A DNA stretch of 63,980 nt, filler included, from Catajapyx aquilonaris (GCA_000934665.2; 3 parts of 3 records of this genome joined end to end with filler, not necessarily neighbours in it); one strand, 5' to 3'. Counted from the whole stretch's first letter, positions 1 to 12,126 are shown. Made by a program: numbers and translations. The notes: generated by a model not told the origin, from the sequence alone.

Positions 1-234
1 AAAGTACAAAATTTTCTACTTTTTCCCATTTTCTCGTATCTGGGCATGCGCAGTTGGCTCCTCGCGGCTCCTCGTATGCGAGATTCTCGTACGTGGATAC
101 CGGCCTTTACTCCAAGCACCCTTATGATATCATAAGAGTGCTTGGAGTCACTGTAGTGCTGCTGGACAATTCAACTGAAATATGTAGATGGAACTGGTTA
201 TTTATGACAGAATTGATCCCTCAGAGGCTAGGTA

Positions 235-396
235 CAGTACTGGCCAATAATCGAGGCAACGACTAGCGACATTTTCCCGAAGCGGCAGAAGAAGGAATCG
301 AAGATAAGCATGCTAGAAGCCGGGCGAGCAAGATTCCTTCTTCTGCCGCTTCGGGAAAATGTCGCTAGTCGTTGCCTCGATTATTGGCCAGTACTG
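235..396. mobile_element. Tc1/mariner-type hairpin MITE
   Basis: Perfect inverted arms 232-299 and 332-399, termini CAGTACTGG...CCAGTACTG, TA on both sides. Confidence 0.85.
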
Positions 397-1244
397 TACT
401 CAAAGAGAGCTGGTGCTCATCCCAAAATTTGTCATTTATGGTTCAATGGAAAATGCATAGTGAACGTTGTTTGGGTTTCGACCTTGTTTCACTCTGACAT
501 GCTAGGCATGGATTGGATAAACAATATTACATTAGAACTCATATGGATGAAATGATGGCATCATACCATCATTTGAGGACTAAGATGTTTTTCCATATCC
601 TACAGGAATCTCACTCAGATGCAAAATTTGGAAGCGCAGACTGCCGAGAACATCAGACAAATTACTGCCCTGCTGGATTACGATGACCCTGTAGCTGGCA
701 GTTCGTCAAACACAAGTATGTCATTATGCTTTATTATGCATTCATGAATGAAGGGCTTGGTGAGTGTGAAAATAATATTGAAGTAGGCCTACTTATTGAT
801 GTACAAGCAGTGTGCCAGGTACTTTGAGCAGTACATTGGCTGTCATGTTGTATGAGTCCATCAAAAAAAGACAACGGAATCGATTTCCACTGCAGTATTT
901 AAATATGTTATCGTGTTTATCAGCTTCCTATATCAATAATGACACCCTTTAAATTGAACTGTGCTAAATGTCAATTGTTGTTCATAATAACCCAAGTTGG
1001 GTGCATCTGTCATATTGTACAAGTCCCCAATCCCCGAAGCAAGGGCTGTTAACATTGCATCTTGAATCATCAGTCTGCAGTAGGCCACTTACGTGCCAGG
1101 AAATACAGGGTGGTCCAACTTCAAGTGTCGTTTTATAACGGCGATTAATTGCAGTGATTTTGCGATGACGCAGCAGCGACGTATAACATGGCCCACTTTG
1201 GCGCCATCGAAAATATTAGCTGCCAATAGCAGCATACATGTAAT

Positions 1245-1473
1245 GGGTCACCTCTGGCTTCGTCTCGGGTGGTATTTCCACAGACTAAACCACCCGGGGG
1301 AGTTCACTAAAAATGGCCACCATGTCAGATGCACTGCACTTGCACATCCCCTCCTGTCATCCTGCCCGTGGGCCCGGGCGCTTCTCAATGGCTCCAACTT
1401 GTACACTACTGTATGTACGATCAAATAATAAAGGTCCGTGCCGAACGCCGAAAGGTGAAGCACTACCCCCACA

Positions 1474-1513
<40 letters not shown>
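1245..1513 (+). mobile_element. 5'-truncated SINE family A copy with (ATT)n tail
   Basis: Body matches the reverse complement of copies at 50816-51147 and 56671-57023; tRNA head absent; ends GCACTACCCC then (ATT)n. Confidence 0.9.
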
Positions 1514-1515
<2 letters not shown>

Positions 1516-1738
1516 TGGCAGCCGTGATGGAGTACCTGGCTGCCGAGGTGCTCGAGCTGCAGGCTACGCGGCCCGTAACAACAAGAAGACTAAGATCATC
1601 CCCCGCCACCTCCAGCTGGCCATCAGACACGACGAGGAGCTGAACAAGCTTCTCTCGGGGGTGACCATCGCCCAGGGTGGAGTGCTGCCAAACATCCAGG
1701 CCGTCCTCCTCCCAAAGAAGACCGAGAAGAAGGCATAA
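1512..1738 (+). pseudogene. H2A: Histone H2A fragment, C-terminal part, frameshifted
   Basis: [16 protein letters not shown], then a 1-nt deletion near 1559, then [57 protein letters not shown]-terminal ~50 codons absent. Confidence 0.95.
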
Positions 1739-1771
1739 ACACTCATCGTCGTCATCACTAATTTAACAAAC

Positions 1772-1787
1772 GGCCCTTTTCAGGGCC
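1772..1787 (+). promoter_or_regulatory. Replication-dependent histone 3' stem-loop
   Basis: GGCCCTTTTCAGGGCC shortly after the H2A stop, preceded by CAAAC, followed by AACCA and a purine-rich HDE-like AAGTGAGAAAG. Confidence 0.92.
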
Positions 1788-2814
1788 AACCACTTGATTC
1801 AAGTGAGAAAGCGAACAGAGCGAAAAGTGCTTTAACAAATAAACCACAACTGCAGAGGCGGTATCGCACGTTTGGCGTGTCCATGCGAGAAGAGGCATCC
1901 CGCGCGGCTGGTATAGTCCAGTCAAATTATGTAATTTTAGGCCTGAACCTATAGAATTGGTGTCAACTGATTCTATAGTAAAAAAGGGCGCTAAAAATGA
2001 TGGAGCAAGTCTACCACTGTCCGGTCGCACCAAAAGCCGCTATCTTGAAAAAATGGCGGCCAAATCGGGAATATTAGTCAAAAACATTTTATATCACGGG
2101 AACGACTAGGTTTTAATGAACATTGAACTGGACGTAAATGAAAGAGCATAGAATGTACTTCAAGACGACACTTTCATTTTCTCTGTAGAGTGCATAGTCT
2201 CGAATCCAGACAATTTTTAATGTATTCACAAGTATCGCATTTACCAGCATTGACCGCCTTATGGTGCTTTGCGTTACGAAACTGCGTATTTCATGGCGAA
2301 TTGGGATAAAACAAAGCGTTCTTTAGGCCTGTATGTAAAGTAGTATAGGTGAATAACTGCATTTCATGCATTAATAACATTACATGTTGACATAGATCTC
2401 CAACTACAGTAGACTCCGGATATAACAGACTTCAATGGACTGCAGAATTCAGTCTGTTACAACCGAGATCTGCTGTAGGAAGATACACAGGACACCTATG
2501 GCAGTATGGCCGGTCCTGGCATACTTCCAAAAGGCCCTGTGCATATTTACTCTGGATATAGCAGACAATTTTTTCACCTCACCAAAATGTCCCTTTTCAT
2601 GTTGAATGACCCTTATGTACGTTTTAACAAATTTTAAAATGTGAAAATTCTTGATTCCCCATTGTAAAACCAAATTTGAGGTGTTACCACATTGTTTTAA
2701 CATTGTTGTTGGACAGTGACGTGGGCACTTTTTGTAACCAAGGCCAATAGTTTTGCTATAACATTGAAAATATAGCACCTGTGACCTTCACATTCTTCAT
2801 TTCACATCTTCATT

Positions 2815-3240
2815 TCATTCCTTCCGCGATTAATGGCGTTTGGTTTAAATTTTTTGAGCAAATAGCATAACCAGGAAAAAATAAATTATGCACTGATGCG
2901 TATAGTTGGGTCTAAGAGGGCCAAGGCTGCATTTCAAGAATGACTCACAGCTGGCTTACTGAGAGGGACCTGAGCTTATCCGTAGTGATTCATGAACATG
3001 TGGAAAACCCAAGTTATTGTAAAATGTAGTCAGTCTTCCCACAACTTCAAAAATGAAGGGAACAACCCCCTAAAGTCTGCAACTGATATTGGGCTCTCGA
3101 AAGAAAACCGGTGCGGCATCAGTGCCGTGGGCACAATTTTGCCTCAACTACGCATTGGTGCACGATTAATTTTTTAATGATTGTACTATTTGCTCAAAAA
3201 ATGCAAACTAAATGCCATTTATCGCAGAAGGAATCAAGTC
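2815..3240. mobile_element. Degenerate inverted-repeat element (old MITE)
   Basis: ttccttccgcgattaatggcgtttggttt...ttgagcaaatag is mirrored by ctatttgctcaaaaaatgcaaactaaatgccatttatcgcagaaggaa. Confidence 0.5.
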
Positions 3241-3525
3241 ATATATTGTCTCAAAGATAAAGCCCAAATGTGCTATATATTCCATATTATACTGAAAATA
3301 TGACGTGGTCACCGGAGAAAGAACTTTTTGTACGTCACCGTCGTAGGGTTATACCAGCATTTATTTTATTAAACATCACTCCAAGTGAACACTGATATTT
3401 AAAAAATGGCCATCCACTACTGCAATAGAAATGAAAATCAAAATATTGGCAGGTTCCTAGCAACTTCTAGTCCCATATAAAAAATTTGAAAATTCTTAAC
3501 CTTTCAAAGTTTTTTTACTACTCAC

Positions 3526-4098
3526 AAGGGAAGGTCACAGGGTGATAATGACGGATCTTGATCAAATTTAACATGCTAATACAGGACAATATATGATACC
3601 CAAAAATGAAATATTTCATGCGGAGGCCCATATTTTCAAAAGTTATGATGTCTTAAAGTTCAAAAAAAAAACCATTTTCATTGAGTTCATAATGGGATTA
3701 CATTAGCGACCACATATAAGACCACATTGAAGTGTGTAATCAGTTTCTACACGTTGTCTCATCAGAAAAAAGTCCTACATAACGGCTCTGTATCTCTTAC
3801 GGTTTAGGCCTTGATACCTGTCCACAGACGGACGGACGGACAGAGCCGTTCTGTAGGACTTTTTTCCGATGAGAAAAAGTGTAGAAACTGATTATACACT
3901 TCAATGTCATTATATGTGGTCGCTAATGTAATCCCATTATGAATGAAAATGTATTATTTTTTGCAATTTAAGACGTCATAACTTTTGCAAATATGGGCCT
4001 CCGCACGAAATATTTCATTTTTGGGTATCACATATTGTCCTGTATTAGATTGTTAAATTTCATCAAGATCCGTAATTATCACCCCGTGACCTTCCCTT
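3526..4098. mobile_element. Foldback element with ~265-bp imperfect arms and (GACG)n core
   Basis: aagggaaggtcacagggtgataat... mirrored by ...attatcaccccgtgaccttccctt; apparent empty site ctactc|agatata in a related host repeat near 8700. Confidence 0.8.
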
Positions 4099-4266
4099 CA
4101 GATATAAAATATTTCAGAACTGAGTTTCACCATTCACATATTATTATAATACTAGTTCGAAGTGGTAAGATAGGCCTCTACCAGTTGGGGCATAGACTGT
4201 CCCTCTGCACACTACTGCCATGCTTACAGGGAAAGTAGTAGCCTACTACATGCACGTTGTTGTTGT

Positions 4267-4267
<1 letters not shown>

Positions 4268-4332
<65 letters not shown>
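4268..4332. repeat. (GAT)n microsatellite
   Basis: Uninterrupted trinucleotide run. Confidence 0.95.
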
Positions 4333-4333
<1 letters not shown>

Positions 4334-6284
4334 TGCTTTTGGTTATGAGACATGCCTAAGAATGAGACCCTGGCCTCGGCTGAGGCATATTTCATGCCAC
4401 TAATTTTTGATGAAAAGATGACAGAACTGATTATATGGAAAAAATTAATTTGGGAGGAATCTCAACAACTTTTTTCTCAATCCCAATATCTGTCTTTATT
4501 TCTTCTCATTGTCAATTTTCACAACTTGACATTTATTTTGAACTTTCCAAATACACATAAAACTAACAAGTGCCTATCACTGGAATGGCGAAGTAACACA
4601 CTGGGCAGTAGTATCACATGCACTCCTTATTTAACCTTCAAGTAGGCAAAATATATGGCAAAACTACTTTTTTTCCCTGAATGTGCACATATTACAAATG
4701 GTGTTCCCATTGAAATGCCCATCTTGGAGATTTGTTGGGACTAAACTGAATATTTTTAAAGTGTTACTTTTGAATGGTTACTTTCAATGGTTTAAAAGTA
4801 TTAGCTGCTGATATTAGATTTGCATGGACCCATCTTTCTTAATGCCTGCACCACCAGGTTTCTATCATTGACATTTGACACCAATTGTTCCAATCAGTCC
4901 TTCACAACTGGAAATTCACTGCAAATGAGATCCTGGATGAATGTTCAATTCAGCCTGATATCAGCAGTTAATCTTTTATAACCATTATTAAAAGTTACTG
5001 TTTTAAAATAACTGCTTAAAATAGTACAAAAAATGCTATGCAAAATTGACAATTTTAATTGGAACTCTACACGTACAATGGTCCCAAAACTTCTTTTTAA
5101 AAAATGGCATCTGAATATATACAAGTAAATCAAGTGTTTGGGTGCAAAGATACTGGTAATACCAAACATGTTGGCATTACATTTTTTTAAACAATGGAAG
5201 ACAACTTTTTGTTTCATACTGTACTTCCAGAATGCTAACTTTCAACAAGCTCAACAAACTCAACAAGGAAAAATAAAAGAAACATCAACTCATGTCAGGG
5301 CTAGCAAGTTGGCCCAAGGGGTCAGAAAGAATATCTTCCAAGATTGATTTTGTATATGAAGCATAATAATTTTAGTGCAAGTTGTTCACTTCTGGAAAAA
5401 TTGGTCTCACACCCGTGTAAGCAGGTTCAAGAGGCCTGGTAGAGGGTGCAGGTGGCATCATGGAAGAATTGACTTGCACTTGTGCATGTTCCCAACCATG
5501 ACGGCAATGTTGCATGTTGCCGGGGTACAAGACAGTTCCTCCCCCNCCCCCCCCCCCCCCACTAGTGTACCTAATAATATTAGATGAAAAAGTGACAAAG
5601 GGAAAAAGTCCTAAATATCCGGTGCTTGAGTAACTAAAACATTGTGTTGAAAGAAGAGCACATGTAAAATTTTCACATTTGAAATGGCCAAAGAAGGTGC
5701 TAGTAATCTGCCAGTATTTTAACATTAATTTTTACAACAATTGCTGTTGATAGGTTCTTTTCTGAGTGGCATATACAGGGTGTTTCTGAGCTATCTTTAC
5801 AAACTTCTAGGGGTAATAGAGGGGACCAAGACAAACATATTTCACATAGGAACCCGTGTCCGGCAACGCCATCTAGAGGGGGTTCATAGACGAGGGAGGG
5901 GTGCGCTCAGACGTGTCAGGTGGACGGCGTCAGTGAGGTAACCGTTTAGTTGCTATGTGGCGCGCGGATTGTACACAACTTCGCAATTGGAAATAACCTG
6001 GCAACAACAGAGCCACCTAACAACTAAAGTCAGCATTCTAGGTAGCGCTCAGATAATAAACAACAACTCTGTTGTTGCGAAGTTCTGGCGAATTGCGGAG
6101 TTGCCACCTAGCAACAAAACGGTCCGCACTCTAATGCCGCCCGCCTGACGCGTCTGAGCGCACCCGTTCCTTGTGTATGAACCCCCTCAAGATGGCGTTT
6201 CCGGACACGGTTTCCTATGTGAAATATGTTTGACTTGGTCCCCTCTATTACCCCTAGAAGTTTGTAAAGTTAGCTCGGAAACAC

Positions 6285-8091
6285 CACGGCCGCTTGAAGA
6301 GTTGCTATTAGTATGGCTGATTCACTAGCCACTGAGCCGGTTTTTTGACGTCACCTCCCACCACCTTCTTCTCTTCTCAGAACTGTGACGTACCCACGGC
6401 ACCTACCTCAGGGCTATGTCCTACATTGCCAGGAATATCGAAGAATGCGAGTGTGAATGAACGTGATCAGACAGTAAATTATGAGACATCAAAAATACTG
6501 AGCCCTTCATTTGGAAAACAAGAACTGAGTCATTTGACGCTGGAGAGGTGTGGCAGCCCAAAGGAGAAAATCCTTCTACCCAGAAAGGCACAAATGACAA
6601 GCAGTGGAAAAACACAACAGGGAAGTGATGGACTAAAATATGTGGCCGGGTATCTCGCTCGTCGCTTGCGCACCAGTTTCGCGACGTTGGGGATAAAAGC
6701 AGACGGCGATGGTAGTGGGTGGATGGGCACAATTTCGCGAGGTAACCTGACGAAACCAAGCTTTGCTTGGTTAGACATGGTTTACATGTTTGAGGGAGCA
6801 TTCACCGCGTTACATGGGACAAGCCTACGTTCAGACAAATATGTCGTCAGAACACTTATACATCAATTGCAATCGCGATTTCCTGCAGTACCAGCCAAAG
6901 TTATCCAGGTCTACTCCCGCATCAGAACTTTCATTAGGATTAAAGCTATCAATAAGCGATTGGCCAATTTAAGAGGTGCAAAATCACGGGCACAAGTCAG
7001 GCGAACCCGTCAGCTTGCCATGTCCAGCTTGTCTTTTTAGTAGTATGAAAGTAGAAAGTGACCTCTGCCCCCTTGTGCCCTTTTGTAAATGACACTTTTA
7101 GAATATGCTACCTGCATTTGTAATAAAATAGTTAGGCTACAATTAATTACGCATTTTTATTGTATTTTTATAATGTTGTACCAGAAAGGTGGTGAACATA
7201 TGCAATACACTAGCCTATGTATTGCGTGAAACGTATATCTGCCATTAACGTCACTGCAGATGAATCAATTTCTCAGTGAATGAGAGTGTATGGAAGAAGG
7301 TAAGAAATCTGTATATTTTCCTCGCATCCAAGCCCATATAAGTAGCATTTTAAATAAACCGGGGCATTAACAACAACAACAACAACAACAACAATAATAA
7401 TCCCTTATGTTACCGTTAATATGTCTATGGAGATTCATTGCAATTCGCGGTCTCAAAAGACTAGTGCGCGTTCGTACTATTGGCATGTAATATTTTAAAA
7501 GTAACTGTTCTAAAGTAACTTCTCCACGATAAACAACTTAGTGCGAAAAAGTCGCAATGTGAAACTGACCCTTCAATTGGAAGCCACTCAGCACGTGCCA
7601 CCTCTGCGTGGAATTATTGTTCATGTATCTTGCATAAAATTGGCAACCCTGGCTTTTCTGAGCCGTTTGCGAATTTTTGAACCTTCGTAAATTGGCACGC
7701 AGATAGTGACCGGGCCACTCATCAAATTTCAGGCCATCATGGGCCTGCTATACTTTGACTCGACATGCTAATGATGAGTTATCTGGGCGCATTTCTCGCA
7801 TTTAAAATAGATATTTCCTCGTGCATGTCGTTGGATTGGATTTTATATGTCAATGACAGTGTGTCGAGGAATCTGGAAAAAAATCTGCATATTTTTCACC
7901 GCATCCAGGAATTTGTAATTAAAGTTTGAAAATGCAACTTTTCCATAAGAAAAAGGTGGGAGCCCTGAGGTAGGTGCCGTGGGTACGTCACAGTTCTGAG
8001 AAGAGAAGGTGGTGGTGGGAGGTGACGTCAAAAAACCGGCTCAGTGGCTAGTGAATCAGCCATACTAATAGCAACTCTTCAAGCGGCCGTG
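6285..8091 (+). mobile_element. Non-autonomous P-superfamily DNA transposon with 131-bp TIRs
   Basis: TIRs 6285-6415 and 7961-8091 (CA...TG termini, ~2 mismatches); 8-bp TSD GGAAACAC at 6277-6284 and 8092-8099. Confidence 0.92.
6345..7040 (+). pseudogene. C-terminal fragment of P-element/THAP9-like transposase
   Basis: Motifs GLKYVAGYLARRL, ISRGNLTKPS, YSRIRTFIRIKAINK typical of P-transposase C-termini; THAP and catalytic core absent. Confidence 0.8.
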
Positions 8092-8133
8092 GGAAACACC
8101 CTGTATAATGTTCACGAACAATAATATTTAAAA

Positions 8134-8443
8134 CTAGCAGGTTACCCGGCATTGCCCGGGTAAGTTATGGTGGTAGGCCTACAATGTAATGAGGGCATTA
8201 CCGTGGAAATCTATGAATATTGTTTAATAGGTAATTGGCAATTGGTTAATTGGGAATATGCGTGTTATGGGTGTTAGGTTCATTTTCGGAAGCTGAAACA
8301 TGCGGCATTAAATTCCTTGAAAAATGTAACTCCCGATATGCTAATTTAAGGCGGTGTAGGGGCCTTCCCCCGGATTTCTATAAGGGACAAACAAACAAAC
8401 AAATTGACAAACTGACAAACTTCCTTATTTATAGAGATAGAGA
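8134..8443 (-). mobile_element. Short non-autonomous Helitron
   Basis: Minus strand starts A|TC, ends CCCGGGCAATGCCGGG-TAACCTG-CTAG|T; (TTTG)n tract; 8250-8443 matches 51180-51358. Confidence 0.8.
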
Positions 8444-9208
8444 TATTTAAAATGTGCAAATTCAAGATTGCCTATTGTAATACCCCATTGAAGGTGTTAC
8501 CACATTTCCATACTAGTATTTATTTTTAGTAAATATCCCTTCAAGTTAACAATGATACAAAAAATAATAACTGGCCATCCTCTACTACAATCATAAAAAT
8601 TAAAATCGAACTACTGGCAGGTTCCTAGCAACTTCTATTCCCATATCAAATGCAACAATTCTGCAAATTCTCAACTTTTAAACCAAGTTTTTTACTACTC
8701 AGATATAAGAATAGATATTTAAAAACTGAGTTTCATCTAGTAGTAGTAGTAGTATTATTATTATTATTAGCTAAAGTGGTTAGAAGTTATTCTTAACAAC
8801 TTCCAATAGAAATTATCATGCCTCACAACAAAATGAATCCTGGAAGAGATCCTTTAGACACAATATCACACACTGTATTGCCTATCTGTAATAATTGCAC
8901 TTGCACTAGCATTGCACTAGGACCTTTTGCCTCATATGCACTCATATGAACACGATCTACCCTTGAGATCATAATAAAAGGCCTATTAAGGCCTATTAAC
9001 CAATACAGAAAATACTTTTAGGGATCCATCCATAACGACTATCCAGCTAACTCTTGAATTGATGTAGTTGGACTGGTATTCCAGGAACTCATGTTGCTCC
9101 CCAGTACATCTAGAAGATCAGGAGGTATATAAAACCTTTGTAGTGTACAGAAGGGTAATTATGCCACATCACACTTATGTACCGTATTTAATGTGCCTAC
9201 ATGACATA

Positions 9209-10575
9209 CACTACAGGTCAAAAGTTGAGCATCAACCCCCAAGCAGAGGTTTTAATTTCTCAAGCCTAAACTTACAGTACAAATTGAAAGTGTGAGGCAC
9301 AGTTGAAAGCAGCCCCCTGCAACTAGCTCTCATTTCCCGTGCGCTTACCTGGTCCGCTATCCCCGGATGTAGAGTCCGAAAAACCGGATGTAGAGCCCTA
9401 TATCAAATAGCATTTGGGGGACCGTCTCTGAACCGTTCTGAAAGTACCCACACTGTCCAATCCCATCAGCCTCAGTTTGCAGATCCCCCACACCAGCCAC
9501 CCGAATGAAGGCATAGAAGTTTTTGTTATTATCGGTTATTATGTATACCTAGATATGATATTTTTTTTGGATTGAGAGTCATTAAGTATTAATGGTAGAT
9601 GTGTTGTTATGACATTATTGATTGATTGGTTCAAATCGCATTTGGGTGGCTGATGGTTGGATCTAGAAACGGAGGCTGATGAGATTGGACGGTGTAGGTA
9701 GGTTCAGAACGGTTCAGAGAAGTCGAGAAAAAAAGTATCACTTGAACTGTAATTTTTTTAAATTTTCGGCATTTCTTCGTATATGCACCCAACAATTGAC
9801 ATATCGTCAACCGCGGATAACTTGGGAACTGATACTCCTACAGAAATTAGGTTTGGACCAACCGATTTGGAAAACCTTAACAAATGGGTTGGTCCAAACC
9901 TCACTTCTGTAGGAGTATTGGTTCTGAAGTTATGCACTGTTGACGATACGCCAATTGTTGGGTGCATATAAGAAGAAATGCCTAAAATTTTAACAAATTA
10001 CAGTTCAAGTGATAATTTTTTTAAATTTTTGTGTTCATTTCTTCTGTGTTCGGCGTTTACTTATTGCCATAAATAATAATGGGTGATAGGCCTCCTTTAA
10101 TCATTGCCTGCACTGTGATGGATTTTGATTGTGAGAGGAAACGGGAGAACCCCAAGAAAACCCACGCAAACACGGAGAGAACCCATCGAAACTCTATCCA
10201 CATAAGTATCCTCCGTCCGATCCGGGGACCTTAGAGGACCTTAGAGTTGGAAGGCTGCAGCGCTAACCACTCGGCCACCGTGTCGCCCTCTTATTGCCAT
10301 AAATAAAAATAATAAAGCATGAATTCATGATGATTACCTTTATTTATTAATATTTATAGTTGAAAATGTAGGTGTTAGAATTTTTTTTTAAACAAAATAG
10401 GTAATATCTGCGCCTCTGTTGAACCTAGAATGACAGTTCCTTTTTTTTTTGGTCTGTAGTGTTATTCACGACGCTTGCAATGGTGCCTCACACTTTCAAT
10501 TTGTACTGTAACTTTAGGCTTGAGAAATAAAAAACCTCTGCTTGGGGGGCGATGCTAAACTTTTGACCAGTAGTG
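9209..10575. mobile_element. Tc1-like MITE with ~90-bp TIRs and two internal ~290-bp palindromes
   Basis: TA|CACTACAGGTCAAAAGTT...AACTTTTGACCAGTAGTG|TA; internal inverted repeats at 9425-9720 and 9731-10019. Confidence 0.85.
10077..10289 (-). mobile_element. tRNA-derived SINE with V-SINE-like central domain
   Basis: A-box TGGCCGAGTGG; core GTTCTCTCCGTGTTTGCGTGGGTTTTCTTGGGGTTCTCCCGTTTCCTCTCAC; 17-bp TSD CTTATTGCCATAAATAA at 10060-10076 and 10290-10306. Confidence 0.85.
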
Positions 10576-11679
10576 TATAGAGGGTGTTTATTACCAGGGA
10601 GATTTCCAGCTGGCAGTGTAATCATAGGCTTTTCGGGAACGCCATTTTCCTTTCACTTCAACTCGATAAAAAGGTCACTTCTAGGCCGAAAATGGTAAAA
10701 TGACGACGAAGGTGCCCTGCGCCAGATCATGTCCTATTTTTTGGTGTAATTTCTGTGTCCATTGCTCCATTTTTGCGGCTGTACGGGCGCCGAAGCGTAA
10801 ACATGTCGAATCCCCATATGCTGTCCATGCATACGCGAGTTTGTTTACGTGGTCGCCAAGGGCTCGCATTGTTACCGATTGTTACCGTATTTTAAACATT
10901 GTGGCTGTCAAAGAACCAAAGTCCCCGAAAAAATCTCGGGGTCATTCCGAATCAAGTGGGATGAAATATTGCTTGACCCTCTCGGATTTTGGTGGAAATA
11001 AACACAGAAGTGCACAACCATTCCGTAAGGCTAAATATCAAGTTTCATCCATATTGCTCAATACCGTGAGGAGGGATAAATTCGCGAATTTGGGAAATTG
11101 CTAAAGTGAGGCCTTTTTTGGAAGAACTTTTTCGGTTAGTGGAATTGGTCAAAACCCAGTAAACAAATGAAGTAAAAAGACTAGAAAATGGAACTATGAA
11201 ATTAACACATTCTCCTCAAAAATGTAAGCAGAAAAACGTGTGCCATTTGTTCTATATTCATCACATGCTCAGTCACATGTCCAAGAACTTGGACTCCGAT
11301 AATATTAGTAGTGATGTGTTTGCGTAACTTCAGTCATATTTCGTGACATGAGTTTTGACCACCATAAGCTCTAAGGTTTAAGGTTATGTTCAATTTGAAA
11401 CCAGGTAAAATATGAAGGATGTTTTGCAGATTCATCACTAATTCTAGGGGGCCCAAATTATGAGATATGGGACCGATGGAATGACACACGGTTTTCTGGT
11501 TACATATTCGAGTAAAGCTAATTCTATTGTGGCATTCTCCTCATCTTCCTCCATCTTTTGATGTACGTAATTATGTTCGTTTGGTTTTGACCACTTTTAC
11601 TAACCAAAAACAATATTCGCCAAGGGCTCATTTTAAGGCCTTCAAAATTTCGGCTAGGTTCCCCTTTAAACAGAACTGT

Positions 11680-11900
11680 AGGCCTATACCAACACCTGCA
11701 CAAGCCCTCTCCCTTTCATCTACACCAGACCAGAAACCTGTTAGCCCATTGAAATCACCCACTGAACACCCCTTCATCTTGGTCTCAGACAAGCACATTA
11801 TATCTGAACGAGCATCAACAAATGCTTTCCTAACAATATCACACTTATTATGTATCCCTCTTACATTAACAATGGAAAGTCGAACCTCGGAGTTTTTTAG
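11680..11900 (-). mobile_element. LINE apurinic-endonuclease N-terminal fragment (RTE-like)
   Basis: RLSIVNVRGI...DIMCLSETKMKG...FWSGV...AGVGI are APE motifs; no RT seen. Confidence 0.75.
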
Positions 11901-12126
11901 TCTTTTCTTACTACCCACCCCACCTACCCCCAAACTTCGAACATTCCCAGAACCTAGGAGAGAAACTGAACTTAAATTAGTATGACTTGCGGTTCTCCCG
12001 ATCATCTCTTCTCGACCAAAAAGGAAAATAACTGGAGTATAGGTCACACACTCGCAGCAGGTCCCAGGCGTAACCATGGAAAATCAATGTGCTTAATATT
12101 GAAGTTCCTAATTTCAGAAAACACTA

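Larger units (their letters stand above)
5776..8103. mobile_element. mariner-type MITE interrupted by a P-like element
   Basis: TA|CAGGGTGTTTC at 5776; ~155-bp inverted arms; right TIR completes as GGAAACACCCTG|TA at 8103 after the nested insertion. Confidence 0.9.

Noticed and set aside
606..716. Possible isolated exon bounded by AG and GT
   Set aside because: No recognisable product or partner exons within the window.
1245..1470. Known ribozyme (hammerhead, HDV-like, twister, pistol) in SINE family A
   Set aside because: No conserved CUGANGA/GAAA core, HDV nested order or pistol junction residues across the three copies by eye.
1313..1738. ORFs with poly-Leu or poly-Tyr fused to H2A
   Set aside because: Translation of the SINE (ATT)n tail; H2A is split over two frames.
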